Source of the DNA: Octopus vulgaris
Lineage: Eukaryota
NCBI GenBank assembly: GCA_951406725.2
Contig: OX597821.1
Location: 8,618,001 to 8,682,000, forward strand
Reading direction: 5' to 3'
DNA: 64,000 nt
Made by a program: the position numbers and the translations under genes. The notes beneath the pieces are model-generated. The model did not search any database and had not been told where the DNA came from. It worked only from the letters and a program-made list of their open reading frames with translations. Below, piece by piece: positions 1-14,559 of the stretch (positions are counted from its first letter, which is position 1; each line of letters begins with the position of its first letter).

Positions 1-50
1 TGTATGCAGATTTGTATTTATGTAGGAATCTATGTATATATATATATGTG

Positions 51-81
<31 letters not shown>

Positions 82-109
82 CATAAGAAGACAGACAGAC
101 AAAAGGGGA

Positions 110-151
<42 letters not shown>

Positions 152-273
152 CTGTCTTAGGGAAGACAAAAAGGTTATGAAGGAGAAAAAAACTCCTCTA
201 TCTTTCTCTCTTCCTTTATTCTCTTGCTTTCTCTGTCCAAAGTTTATACATATATATAAACTTTTGGACAGAA

Positions 274-335
<62 letters not shown>

Positions 336-337
<2 letters not shown>

Positions 338-484
338 GACGGGCTTCTTTCTACCAAATCCACTCACAAGGCTTTGGTCGGCTCGAGGCTATAGAAGAAG
401 ACACTTGTTCAAGGTGCCATGCAGTGGGACTGAACCAGAACCATGTGGGAATCAAGCTTCCTACCACTCAGCCACTCCTGTGCC
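336..484 (-). mobile_element. SINE family A (tRNA-derived), 5' head only
   Basis: Reverse complement matches the head of the full copies at 15251 and 47910 (ggcacaggagtggctgagtggtag...ggttcagtcccactgc..accttgaacaagtgtctt); flanked by (TA)n on both sides. Confidence 0.9.
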
Positions 485-486
485 TA

Positions 487-643
<157 letters not shown>

Positions 644-1280
644 CCAAACATACACAAACGTTCTTTTGCTTTTTCTTAGCTTATGTTGGCCAATGATGAT
701 GGCCAAGGCCATGTTACAGCACCACCTTTGGTTATTGCCTATTTTTCTGTTATTCGTTATTTTCTCCGCCGAACATCTTGGCGTCCAATTCTGATGTTGC
801 TTTTTATGCTTAGCATAGCTAATTGTTAGATCGATGTATTTTGCATTCCTTCCACATCATTAAGGAACTGATATTAGTGTCAGTATCACTATGTATGTGT
901 GTGCGCACGCGTGTATATATGTGTGTGTGTGTGTGTGAGTGTGTGTGACGTGCATATTCTGAACAAATTTGAAAGGCACGTGTTTGGTAAAGTTAATATA
1001 TGTCACTGTAAGTGTTGGTGTGTAGTTACGTGCTGTGGTTGAGTCTTTTGTCTAATCAATATTTGTTTAGGTGTTCGTGTAGTGTTTATAAAATAGTCGG
1101 CGGTTGAATTCAAGTTATATAATATTAAGATGTGATGGGAAGTGCGCATGATTTCAGTAATGTTGTGTTTGTGTGTTTCTGCTTGTGTTATGTAGCAGTG
1201 TATGATACTGCTGTACAATGCTAAAGTGATATATTGCATTAGGTGTTATATTACTTGTTATTTGTTTTGGCGCAGTTATA

Positions 1281-1429
1281 AGCTGTGTAATAGGAAGTAC
1301 ACTTCACAACCACATGACTTTTGGTTCAGTCCCACTGCATGGTGGCGTAGGGCAGTTTTCTCTACTACAGCCTCGGTACAACCAAAGGCTTGAGAGTGGA
1401 TTAAGTTGGCAGAAACTGAAAGAAGCCTG

Positions 1430-1434
<5 letters not shown>
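1281..1434 (+). mobile_element. SINE family A head, diverged
   Basis: ggttcagtcccactgc ... gaaactgaaagaagcctgtc followed by (TA)n. Confidence 0.8.
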
Positions 1435-1482
<48 letters not shown>

Positions 1483-1593
1483 CGGTGAAAAGATGTATAG
1501 TAAAAACACAAACGAAAAGAAAAAGACCTATATTGGTTACTCAAACGGATGGAAAGCCGACACAGAAGTTTCCAATTTTTCCAATTTATATAT

Positions 1594-1706
<113 letters not shown>

Positions 1707-1740
1707 CATATGTATATATATATATGTATACCTATATATA

Positions 1741-2060
1741 GGGAGAGTTTACAAAAAAAAAAACAAAAGACGAAGACAGGTGGTGTACAAAACAAACAGA
1801 TGTATTAGTATAACACTCAGGAATAGAAAAAGTCTTTTACGTTTCGAGCCTACGCGCTTCTACAGAAAGGGACACAGAAAGAAACAAGGAGAGACACGAG
1901 GAGAGAAAAAAATGTGTGTAGTGACTAACGATCCATCATGGCGTCTGACTCGGACAGAAGGGTCACACACGAGAAGGAAAGTAGGGGAGATACAAAGTAA
2001 AGATGACCCCCAACACGAAGGTGCGTGTGTGAATAAGAGAGTATGTATGTGCGTGTGAAA
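1741..2060 (-). mobile_element. Penelope-like terminal (pLTR-type) fragment with minimal hammerhead-like motif
   Basis: Starts at a TA run; related termini at 17106-17274 (-) and 5795-5858 (+); contains HHR-like fold at 1834-1869; inner boundary approximate. Confidence 0.55.
1834..1869 (-). ncRNA. minimal hammerhead-like motif, variant core CUGUAGA
   Basis: Minus strand: cttt CTGTAGA agcgc-gtag-gctc GAAAC GTA aaag; stem I cttt/aaag; stem III reduced to the palindrome ACGT. Confidence 0.55.
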
Positions 2061-2504
2061 GAGGGCTGGTGGTCTGGACGTGTGCGTGTATGTATGTGTA
2101 GGTGTGAAGATGTAGGGATGGGTGTGTAGGTGGTGTGTTGTGATGTGATGTGTAATGTTGTATGGTATAGTGTGGTGTGGTGTGATGTTGCGCGGTGGGG
2201 GAGGCGAGAGTGGGGAAACCACGAGTGGGGTGTGGGTTCGGCTGAGGGTTGGGGTAGAGCTGGGGTTTGTGGGTAGGCAGAGGGTGGGGTAGATGTGGGA
2301 GAGGGTGTGTGGGATAGGATGGAGAGATGGGATGGGGGATGGGAAGGATAGGGAAGGTAGAGTAGGAATGTGTTGGGGTGGGTGAGCTTATGGGGGAGGG
2401 GAAGATGGGTATGTGAGGAGAGAGAGGAGGAGAGAAGAGAGAAAGAGAGTAGGAGAGAAGAGGGAAAGAGAGTATATAACTAATCAACAGATTATATATA
2501 AATG

Positions 2505-2575
<71 letters not shown>

Positions 2576-2602
2576 CTTATATATATATGTAATATATATA
2601 TG

Positions 2603-2641
<39 letters not shown>

Positions 2642-2739
2642 TTATATATAATATGTTGATTAGTTAGATACTCCACTTTAATATGTAAGGGGCATAGGGC
2701 TACAATCATTTCTTGGAGGTGGGTGTGACCTTGGGCTAC

Positions 2740-2950
2740 CACCTTGATCTCAGACCGAGAGAAACTAAGTTCCACTCCATCCTCAACACATCCTTTCCAG
2801 ATCTTCTTAGGTCGTCCAATCTATCTCTTTTCTTCAAGAGTCTAAAATTTGTAATACTGCTTGGAGATCTTACTCTGACCGATTCATCCTAATTTCATTT
2901 TCGGAATTTCTTGATTGTCGGTTCGTTCTATCCCACAGACTTCAGTTAGA
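2740..2950 (-). mobile_element. RTE-like LINE 3' remnant
   Basis: Minus-strand translation ...EKR*IGRPKKIWKGCVEDG resembles the RTE C-terminal GRPKKTW motif; contains stops. Confidence 0.5.
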
Positions 2951-3221
2951 AATGATATCAGTATATATATATATCTAAAATTAATTAAGGATAGAAATTG
3001 ATATTTATCAATTAAAACCAGTGGTCTAGCATATTAAAAAATAATCCGAAGATTAAAATATTTATATATACCAATTAAGAACTGAACACGAAAAGTGGAC
3101 AGTCAACATGCTAGATATAGACGTCAAATCGCCATTCTCCACAAAGATTATGTTCTCAAATCAAACTCAGCACAAAACCAAAGCAATAAACAAGTGAAAA
3201 TATACGAAATAAAATAATTAC

Positions 3222-3284
3222 CCATGTACTGATCAGTTTCGGTTATTATTATCGCAAGGATAACTGTAACATTCATCAGCATGG
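3222..3284 (-). ncRNA. type I hammerhead ribozyme
   Basis: Reverse complement of 3524-3586: ccatg CTGATGA ... GAAAC tgatca GTA catgg. Confidence 0.85.
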
Positions 3285-3523
3285 TCCGTTATGAATGCAA
3301 TTTGCTGGACTAGATGCAAAAACGATACCGGAGTATCGCGTGCATGGAGTTCAACCTATTACATTCGAATGTATCTTTCAAATGCCTTTATTTGGCGCGT
3401 TGAGACCCGAAAAAACCAGCCTGCAGCTAATAATTAGCAGCAGTCGATTTATCGGTTAGAGAACATATTTATTTATATAAAATTAATTAAGGGTAGAAAT
3501 TGATATTTATCAATTAAAACGGA

Positions 3524-3586
3524 CCATGCTGATGAATGTTACAGTTATCCTTGCGATAATAATAACCGAAACTGATCAGTACATGG
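3524..3586 (+). ncRNA. type I hammerhead ribozyme
   Basis: Stem I ccatg/catgg; CTGATGA 3529-3535; stem II gtta..ttatc/gataa..taac (imperfect base); GAAA 3568-3571; palindromic stem III ACTGATCAGT; GUA triplet 3579-3581. Confidence 0.85.
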
Positions 3587-3731
3587 GTAATTATTTTATT
3601 TAGTATATTTTCACTTGTTTATTGTTTTGTGCTGAGTTTGATTTGAGAACATAATCTTTGTGGAGAATGGCGATTTGACGTCTATATCTAGCATGTTGAC
3701 TGTCCACTTTTCCTGTTCAGTCCTTAATTGG

Positions 3732-3763
<32 letters not shown>

Positions 3764-3924
3764 CCCAGCCCGCTACATATATATATGTGTAGGTATATTC
3801 GAGTGTTGTGCCAGATGCACCTCACTAATGCAAACAGAATCAATGTCACATATATTATCTATGTGTATTTTTTATCCTTACAAAGCTGCAGTATATGGCT
3901 TTAGAGAGGCCCTTCTCTAAATAT

Positions 3925-4071
3925 GGCAGGCTTCTTTCAATTTTTCTGTACTAAATCCACTCACAAGACCTCGGTCGACCAGAGGCTCTGATAGAAGGCG
4001 TTTTCCTAAGGTGTCACGCAGTGGGACTGAACCCGGAACCATGTGTTTGGGAAGGAATTTTCTTACCACAC
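3925..4071 (-). mobile_element. SINE family A head
   Basis: gcagtgggactgaacccggaaccatgtg and aaatccactcacaag match the reverse complement of family A. Confidence 0.85.
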
Positions 4072-4689
4072 GCGGTGTGATTGAACCCCACACCTCAAGG
4101 CTGTGAAGTCCATTGAATTAACGTGTAAAGTGGTTGACTATTCCATTGGCACGTATGCCCTTAAAGGAATTCTCAATTTAAATCAATGTGACACGGTTGC
4201 ATATTTCAATTACATGTAAAGTTTACCCGAAGCACTTCTAAGCCTTCCATCTACCGAATTTAATATGAAAATCTTCCCAAGTTATATTGAATATATTTGT
4301 CCAATATGCGGTGGTAAATAATCAGGCATCAATTAGGTGGTGAAGCAATCATCATAATCATTCAGTTACACCTTCGTCTCTCTTTCACTTTCTCTCCCTT
4401 TACACAAACACACACAGACAAAAACACACACACATACACGCTCATACACACATTGTTATGTTTAGGCATAGTTATTTTTGCCAATTAAAAACTCGCGCAA
4501 TTTGTTTGATATTCTCTTTAGTTTTCACTCGTATTATTTTTAGGTAGCACATCTGTCAAAGTTCTTTCATCACACATTGTGACCGCTTCAGTAGCTCTAC
4601 GTCCCATGGGCCTCCTCTTGTCCTGCTTATTGTGAAATTATCGACAGGTATACGAAAAATTCATAAATATATATGAATAAAATGTTATG

Positions 4690-5250
<561 letters not shown>

Positions 5251-5262
5251 TATACATTTATA

Positions 5263-5308
<46 letters not shown>

Positions 5309-5406
5309 TAAATTAGAGACAAAACCACTATTATGCAAATCAAACAAAGAAAGACTTAAGCCAATACATAAAATAATTTATATAAATTAAAATTTAACAT
5401 ATGAAT

Positions 5407-5458
5407 AACCACTACGATCGTTTCGTGTCAGCACATCTTAGACATTCTTCAGGTGGTT
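5407..5458 (-). ncRNA. type I hammerhead ribozyme
   Basis: Minus strand: aaccac CTGAAGA a-tgtc-taagatgtgct-gaca-c GAAAC gatc GTA gtggtt; 6-bp stem I; palindromic stem III ACGATCGT; in an insert starting at (TA)n near 5301. Confidence 0.88.
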
Positions 5459-5517
5459 TCAAAACCTTCTTAGCGAGTTTTAATCTATGAATAAAATTTA
5501 GTTCATATTATGTGACC

Positions 5518-5706
5518 GCGTGTGTATTGTTGGCGATTTTCTTTCTCCGTCTTCCCTTCCTTGGACCATTCCTTTCTCTATGTTTCTGACAAAAAGCTCC
5601 GCTCGGAACGTTAAATCCTCCTTCTGTCTTTCTTTTCTAATAACACTATACTCATTCCACGTCCTCACGTTGTTGTGTTTTCTCTTTGTTCATGTTTGGA
5701 TTAACT
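5518..5706 (+). mobile_element. Penelope-like 3' terminus with decayed minimal hammerhead
   Basis: ttt CTGACaa aagc-tcc-gctc GgAAC GTTA aa at ~5583-5616 resembles the 1834/17189 motif with core mutations; ends at (TA)n. Confidence 0.45.
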
Positions 5707-5908
5707 ATATATATATATATATATATATGTATAGAAACGTTAGCACGCCGGGCGAAATGCGTGGCCGTATTTCGTCCGCCGTTACGTTCTGAGTAACGTT
5801 AAACTAATACAGCTGTTTGTCGCCTCCGTCTTTTGTTTTTTTTTATGAATTCTCGCTATATATATATATATATGTATATGTATATATCTATGTGTGTGTG
5901 TGTGTGTT

Positions 5909-5950
<42 letters not shown>

Positions 5951-6078
5951 ATGTGTCGTTAGCCTGCTAGAAGAGATGTCCTCCTGGGGCTATAAACGCC
6001 AGGAGCACTGTCCCGTATGGGACGCCACACTTGGTTGGCAATTACATGTTAAGATTCCGTATTGCTATTGTTTACATC

Positions 6079-6208
6079 TCGACCCCAGGACTTATTCTTT
6101 GTAAGCCAAGTATTCTATCGGTCTGTTATGGCGAACCGCTAAATTACGAGGACGTCAACACCAAGATATGTTGGGGAGGGGGACACACACAAAAATCTAC
6201 ACACACAG

Positions 6209-6264
<56 letters not shown>

Positions 6265-6410
6265 GACGGGCTTCTTTCAGTTTTGGTCACAAGGCTTTCG
6301 TCGGCCTGAGGCTATAGTAGAAGACACTTGTCTAAGGTGCCACGCAGTGGGACTGAACCCGGAACCATATGGCTGGTAAGCAAGCTACTTACCACAAAGA
6401 TATTCCTGCG

Positions 6411-6412
<2 letters not shown>
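6079..6412 (-). mobile_element. SINE family A, near full length with internal (TA)n
   Basis: Head 6263-6412 and body 6079-6210 both match family A in reverse complement. Confidence 0.85.
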
Positions 6413-6484
<72 letters not shown>

Positions 6485-6509
6485 AATATACGTATGTATA
6501 TGCATACAT

Positions 6510-6548
<39 letters not shown>

Positions 6549-6644
6549 TACACACGCACACATACACATATATATATATGTATATATCTATATATATATA
6601 TATACATATATATATATACTTATATATATACTATATATATATAC

Positions 6645-6736
<92 letters not shown>

Positions 6737-9700
6737 CAGAGAGGGAGAGAGACTTTATATTTATATTTATTTTCTATAATCGCATCAAGCGTTCGGATCA
6801 AAGGGATATGTATCAAACCCAACCCTGGTAACCGTGTTACGTTTATCTATCTTAAACTATGAATAGATCTGTATTTGATCGACATTTTAATATAAACTTT
6901 CCGCGTTTGTTGTCGTATACATATGTACGCACATTCACACACATACATTACACATGTATACACACATGCACATAGAGTAAGTAAGCGTGTGTTTGTGTGT
7001 GTAGTGTGTAATGAGAGTGTGCGTATAATGTGTGTGTGTGTCTGATGTGTGTGTGTGCGTTTGTGTGTGTGCGCTTGTGTGGGTATGCAAAATCCTGTTC
7101 GCGCAGAAATAAAAATAACTAATCAATTTTCAATTAAGTTAATATAATACGCACGCACGCACGTACACACAGAGGCATACACACGCGCATATGCACACAC
7201 ACACTCACACAAACGCGCGTGCACAAACAAACACTCACACATGAGTACACACACGCGCGCTTATAAGAAAAGTATCTGCATGATAAAGAGAGTGATAGAC
7301 ATAGAGATAGAGTGAGAGAGGGAGAGAGAGACGGAAAGAGAGAGGCAGCAAAAGAGACAAATAGAAACAGATGTAGAGCGCTAGAGAGAATGTGCTAATA
7401 TGCACATACATGTGTTTGTGTGTGTCTGTGTGAATGTCTGTATACACATATACATACATATACATTCTTCCACATGTATGCATTTATGTATGTATGTATG
7501 TATTTATCTGTATGTATGTATGTATGTATGTTGTATGTATGTATGCATATATATATATAAATACATATACATACCCATACACACATTCAAGGTTACGTAT
7601 ATGTATGTACATGTGTGTGTATGTGCATGTAAGTGCATATATAATTTATAAACTTTATTATTTTGGTACTTGTTCCATTCCAGTTAAAACCATCTTTTAA
7701 AGAAATACTCTACAAATTCCCTGTAAAATGTAATTACTTGTCACAAATTTTATAATTCTTTAAATTTATTTCAAGAAATAGCAATAAATGAAATGGAATC
7801 TTTAATTTGATTTTATTTACTTATTCACCAAGGTTGACTACGCATTTCTGTTTAATTCTAGTGAGGCGACGTTTTATATATACTGTTCAAAATTTCTTTT
7901 CTGTTTAGACTTCTCCGAAAGGAGAATGAATTTTACAGTTCTTTTTGTTTTTCTTTCCTCCCGGTTGCAATGTAGTTTATGTTTATCTAATAAACATCAA
8001 ATGAATATAGAATAATGGCATTGCTTTTAATAAGAACATCCAATTGATTTCGGCCTGTCAGATCAGCTGGTAATGTTTTAGGCGTTTGCGTTTTATAATT
8101 GTAAATGCCTTCAAAGGATTGTAAAGCAGCATAGTGGAGTTATTGAAAAATTAGGGCTTACGATTTGTGAAATAAATTTCTATGTAAATGCCATCTGTAT
8201 TATGAGATATTCCAAAAATAATCATCAGTTACATACCTGGAATCAAGAATGTGCGACACGCAAAACTGAACCATCGGTATTGAAAAATTAAAACGAAAGT
8301 GATCTAAATATTATTGGCAAATAAGATGAGAGAAACAAAAACATGAGACAAAAGCGTCAACAGAAAATCGCACAAGAAAAAGCGTCAAAAGTATTGATTA
8401 AAAGAGAGAGTAAACATTATTGCAAGTAAGAATAAATGGAATATATCTCGAAGTTATTACATTCATGTAAAGGTGCGTAGGCTCATGGTTAGTGCCTTGA
8501 GCTCACAATCAATGGGTCGTGGTTTCTATTCTCAGACCGGGTGGCACTATATGTCTTTGCTTAAACCACTTGATTTCATGTTACTCAAGTTTACTAAGGT
8601 GTAAATGGGTGATGGCAGCAGCAGCTGGAGGTTAAACCTGCGACGATCAGGTGCCTCGTTTCGAGATGAGCCCTTCCGCCCTTGATTACATAAGCGCCAC
8701 CTCGAAAATACGGATATGCTTCGACTCTTATGAACTTGTACACTAGAATCAGGCTTTGTATATGTGTTCATATAAATAATTTTAACCGAATAAATTTTCT
8801 CAAGTAAATAAACGTAAAAGTGATAATTCTATAACAGCAATGCCATTTGAGAATAAAATGAAAATAATATGCTTTAAGTAGGGGGAAGTTTTATTTGTGA
8901 ATAAGTATAACCGTAATGATCAGGCTATGTTGCCCAAAACACTTTGGTTTGATAAATAAAATAATGGAGAAGAGCAAGTTTAGAGAGGAAATCATCAGCT
9001 TTAATACGTTCTTTCAGTTGATCCAATGTTTTATGGCTATTTCTACTTACGTTAAGTATTCGGTTCTAAGGGATTTAAACAGTCTGTATGCTATAGTTTC
9101 GCATGATCAAGACATTAAGGGATTTAAACAGTCTGTATGCAATGCTTCCACTTGATGGACGCATTAAAGGATACGAGCATAACTCATATGTAATTTGTCA
9201 CCTGCTGCTGAAGTCAAGCTATCTATTCTAGTATTAAAGCACGTGTACGAAATTTATGTACATCCTCATCATACAATTTAGCACTTATTGCAATTTCACA
9301 TTGACTTATATGCCTCTTCCCCCACCTGATGCAAGTACACTCGATAAATTTAAGCAAGAAACACACTGTTGAAAGCAAAACTTTTTCTATTACTACGTTG
9401 AAATCTTTCATGAAGAATTGTCCCCGTAGTATAACAGAATGACCGAACAACAGTTGCTTTATTTCGAATCTCTTATTCTCGAATGAATTGTATTGTGTCC
9501 ATTCTACAGTTACAAATGTTTTATATTGAAAGCTACGAACAAATATTACAGACTCTAGATACCGTCTTACTATACAATTTGTTAGTAAGGGTTAAGACCA
9601 TAGAGATTTCACCACTAATTGGAACTGTATACCGCATAATGAGGCCGAAGAATTTATATTTATTAAATTACTTATTTTGGAACGGTGTTTCTATGAGATT

Positions 9701-10049
9701 GCAATGGACGTCTAATCGAAGAAATAAATTGTGTTTGCATGTGAATGAAACTGCTTACAGTTTCGTTTCAGCGATATAATTTTGTTATTTCTTTGAAATG
9801 ATGCTAAAATAAGATGTGGCATTATTTCAGTCTGTTGCTAGAGTGAATGGCAAAATCAGTAGATGTGGTTGAAAAATAAAAGTGAACGATCTTTAGTTAT
9901 GTCCCTTTACGTTCTGAGTTGAAATCTCGTTGAAGTTGATTTTCTTTTACCTTCACAGAATCCTTAAAATAAAGTACCAATCAAAAACTGATAATTCCGC
10001 CCTATTAAATATATGGGAAATTATTAATAGACTCTTTAATATTGTGACA

Positions 10050-10230
10050 ATTTGGCAGAATCGTCAGAGCATCTATAGCATGAATCTAAACACCCCTGTA
10101 ACATCTATTCCGGAGTTTTACCTTCAGAGTTCAAATCCAGTCGAGGTTAACTTTCTGTTTCATCATTTTAGAGTTGATCAATTAAAGTACCAGTCGAGCA
10201 GGCGGTGGGGAAATTTAATAGATTACTTCA
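10050..10230 (+). mobile_element. SINE family B, old diverged copy
   Basis: tggcagaatcgtcagagc ... gagttcaaatccagtcgaggttaacttt ... taaagtaccag. Confidence 0.6.
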
Positions 10231-11018
10231 ATGTTTAGTCTTGTACATAGTTTGGAAACAATACAGTAAATGTGTGTTTCAACTAAGGGCGCTAAAAAAA
10301 TATACCGCGAAAATTATAGCTACATCCCATTAAGCCCTGAGTTTGAAGCCCACGGTGGTTGTTTTTGTCTTTCATCTTCCTGGGGTTGCTAAAATAAAGT
10401 GTCAGCAAAATTCTCAATGAAAGCTAATCTAAAGCACGCAACTCAAAAAAATATATTATCCTGCTCCAAAGTTAGAAATCTTTATTTCAATTGCTATGCA
10501 GTTTGATTTTTTAGCTTCGGATTGCAAAGTTTTCATGGCTTGCAACATCACATTTATCAACATAGTCCTATCATAGTGTAATCTACGCAAGGTTCTATAG
10601 GATCATACAACTTATAAGAAATAACTGAAATTTCGATCATGGCTTCTGTTCGATCAGGGCTGAGCTGACGAGATGCACCACACCAAGGGAAAGCAACATG
10701 ATTTTAGAAAACTAACGATTGAGGATCTGAATAGTCACTAGACCTGGTGGAAATATCAGCGAAATCACCGTCATGTAACCATCTACTTTTACAATAGAGA
10801 AGCGGAGCAAATACAAAAACGTAGAATGCTTTTGATTATATGTCTGCGCGATTGGGCATGACAAATGGCTAAAAACAGCAGCAGTAGCAGCAGCAGTACC
10901 ACCCCCACCACCGCCACCACCGCCACCGCCACCCTCCCCACCCCACCCTCCCCCACCACCGCCTTGTGAGTGGATTTGATAGAAAGTGAAAAAAATTAAA
11001 AGAAACCTGTTGTATATA

Positions 11019-11069
<51 letters not shown>

Positions 11070-12408
11070 AGATGTACTTGCATAGCGAGTGACTTGATCT
11101 GAGATTGTGTGCTGAAACGAAAACAATTGCAGCGTGGAAGGTGTTTATAAACCATTTAAGAAACACACAAAACCGTTAGATTCACTTCAACATTTAAATT
11201 TAATTCGTCAAAATATTTTCGTCGCTTTGAGACCGCGACTTGTTCACTGACAAAGCTTCGTGCTGCATATATATATATGTATATATATGCATGTGTATGT
11301 GTGTGTGCGTACAACCAGCGCTTTACAAGCAATAGGGAATTGTTTGTGTCCTCGTAACTTAGTGGCTCAACAAAAAAGGGTCCAATAGAGTCAGTGTCAG
11401 AATTTTGCAAAGTACGTACTGAGGTCGATTTGTTCAACGAAATCCAGCAGAGTTCCAGCACATTTGTACTCCGATGAATTGAGCAAATAAAACATAAAAG
11501 ATGCAAATGTGTAATCAAATAGTCTATATTGTAAGTTATATATCTTCAACAGACGGGAGATGATATAGCCATCACTGCCAAGAAAACCATTTTCACCATC
11601 ATTTCATATTTGATATATTATTAAACATAGCTCACGGAACCATTATTCTCCAAGAGAACAAGACATTCCAGGTTCGAAACTTGTTTTACAGTAAAACATT
11701 CTAATACACTGCATGCAGTACCGCATTCAGTCATGTTGATTACAAAATTACATTGTTGCTTCGCTGTCTGCAATACAACAAGCGATAGAGAAACTGCCAG
11801 TAGAAGGCGATACGATGTTTGATCTGAACCGAAACCAAGACATTGATCAAAGTAGCGGTAGGTTTATATAACTGTCTCGCTTGAAGTTTGCACTTCGACT
11901 CTGATATCAAAAGAGATTAAAGATGGCTGTCCGAATGAAATATTTTAGTGGACAAGTCAATTGGAAGGGTAGACTCGTATTCAGTGTAGGTAATCGTTTG
12001 AATTCATGGTGCTGGTGGTGGCGGCGGTAGTGGTGGTTCAGAAAATACTGCTTTCGTTGCTGGAGATGCTGCTGCCCTTACAGATGCTGCAGCTGATAGT
12101 GATGATGATGACGGTGACGAAGATGACGATGATAATGATAATGATGGTGAGAATTATCATCGTCGTCTTCAGTTGATTTGAAAGGTCATATCCAACGCTG
12201 TCACAAGCATCATTTTCATCATCATCATCGACAGACAACGACACACAAACACACGCACACACACCGCACGCGCACACACACCGCACGCGCACACACACAC
12301 GTACACACATGCTCACGCATACATAAATACACACATCACAAACCGTATATATTTATATAGTTACGTATATATATTATACGTCTCTCACTCACCCTTATAC
12401 ACACACAC

Positions 12409-12450
<42 letters not shown>

Positions 12451-13079
12451 ACATAGAAACACACATGTTTATACATATTTATTTACACTCTAGCATACAT
12501 ATGCAAGTATAGAAAAGCATATATGCCTGTGTATATATACAAAGGCATATATACACATACATGTGTATATAAATACAAACATTCTAAATAGCAGATGCAT
12601 ATAGACATGACTATGTTAACGTCATAATCGCTATGTTCTTCATCATAGGTGACTAAGCAGTAACGTTCACTTCTCATAAACTTCCAATTGATTGATACAG
12701 CTTGGCTATTGACCGAAACAATAGCGCTTCGCTTCTCTAGTATTAATAAAGACCGACGCAGAGAAGATTGCAAAGCTAAAGAGAAGAGCGGAAGAGAGCA
12801 AGGAAGAGGGGAGTATGTTCGGAGTAAGATAGATGGCTAGATTGAAGAGGCGGATATGAGGAATAGCGTCAATAAAGCTAATCCGTCAGGAAGAGCAAAT
12901 GTTCTCCGCTCTTCTGTATTACATAGAGACATTGATTTAATATATCGTAACCATAAAAATAATGTTACTAGATATGCATATAACTATGCACACACACGCA
13001 CACATATATAGATATATATAATACAAATATATGGCACGCATAATATATATATATATATATATATACTATTTTATATTGA

Positions 13080-13131
<52 letters not shown>

Positions 13132-13203
13132 ACGTACATAAATTTACATATGTGTATAAATATATATACATATAAATATATACATACACATATATAAATA
13201 TAT

Positions 13204-13257
<54 letters not shown>

Positions 13258-13383
13258 GTGTGAATCCCAGCAAAATTGAATATGTTGCATGTATATGTGT
13301 GCGTGCGTGTGTGTATGTGTGTATATGTGTGTTTGTATACACACACACACACGTATATATATATATATATATATATGAATCTA

Positions 13384-13452
<69 letters not shown>

Positions 13453-13857
13453 GCCTGTCTTTCTATCTGTTTGTCTGTCTGTTTGTCTATTTATCTATAT
13501 ATTTTTCTATCTATATAATTATATATATATATATATATATATCTTATGGGAATCTGTGTCTGTTTTTCTATCTATATATATATATATTTCGGTGTGTATG
13601 TTTGCGTACATTTTTCTGTATACCTACGCATGTCTCTGTGCTTGTATGTATGCATGTATGTATGTATGTATGTGTGTATGTATGTATGCATGCATATACG
13701 TTTGCTCATATCTTCCTATGTATATATTCTGTCTTTTGTCTGTCTTTATAAGTGTTTCGGTGTTTCATTGTCTATTTTTGTCTTTTTTTTTATTTATTTC
13801 AAAATAATCTATTTTTGGCTCTCTCTCCTTTATTCTGCCACCCATATTTTACCCCTC

Positions 13858-13897
<40 letters not shown>

Positions 13898-14559
13898 CTC
13901 TCTGAATCTTTCTTTCTCTTTTTCTCTCTCCTTGCTTCTCTTTTGTAAAATATCATGCAGTTTCAATCATTCCTTTGTTTGATCACAAGCAGCCAATATA
14001 TGCTTCCTGTTTCGCTGAAGCTACGCTAGTTAGTGCGTGTCTTTCTCTCTGCTGGTCTGTCTGTCTTTCTGTCTCACTCTCTCGTTTCCTATATGCTGAC
14101 GAACTGTAGTAAGCACTAACCTTATCGGAAATGTCTTACCAGTTCCACCATGAGCATCAAGGAAGCAAATTTATGTTTTTCATTTTTTGTTGAACCCTTT
14201 CGAAAATAGAATAGACTAACTCTTCTCCTCTGTGAGTTTAGGTTCACTGACACTGATATATGCTACTTGTGTCTCAACATTTATAAAACATCTTCGAAAT
14301 TTCTGTTACTAGATAGATTTCGAAGATTGACATAAAGATGGTTATATTTCTGAAGTATTTGGCCATTTATATCTATGCGCTTTACGATGAAAGCTGCATT
14401 ATAGATTTTCACCTGTATACTTTACTTCCATGCTGCGGCTCATCTGCTGAGCCTATCGCTTGAAATCACTCGTTGTCATCGTGATACTTGAGCCATAGCT
14501 GAAGCAGATTGTTTTCTATACGATTTTGTCGGAAACTAAAGGACTACGAAGGAGGATAG

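Larger units (their letters stand above)
2976..3738 (-). mobile_element. Non-coding Penelope/retrozyme-like insert: 502-bp monomer, partial second monomer, inverted arm
   Basis: Direct repeat 2976-3018 = 3478-3520 (offset 502); inverted repeat ~3063-3290 vs ~3518-3738; one HHR in each arm; TA runs on both flanks. Confidence 0.8.

Noticed and set aside
10665-10700. CTGACGA...GAAA possible hammerhead
   Set aside because: No stem I, II or III pairing
14096-14140. CTGACGA...GAAATGTC possible hammerhead
   Set aside because: Stem I and stem II cannot be formed
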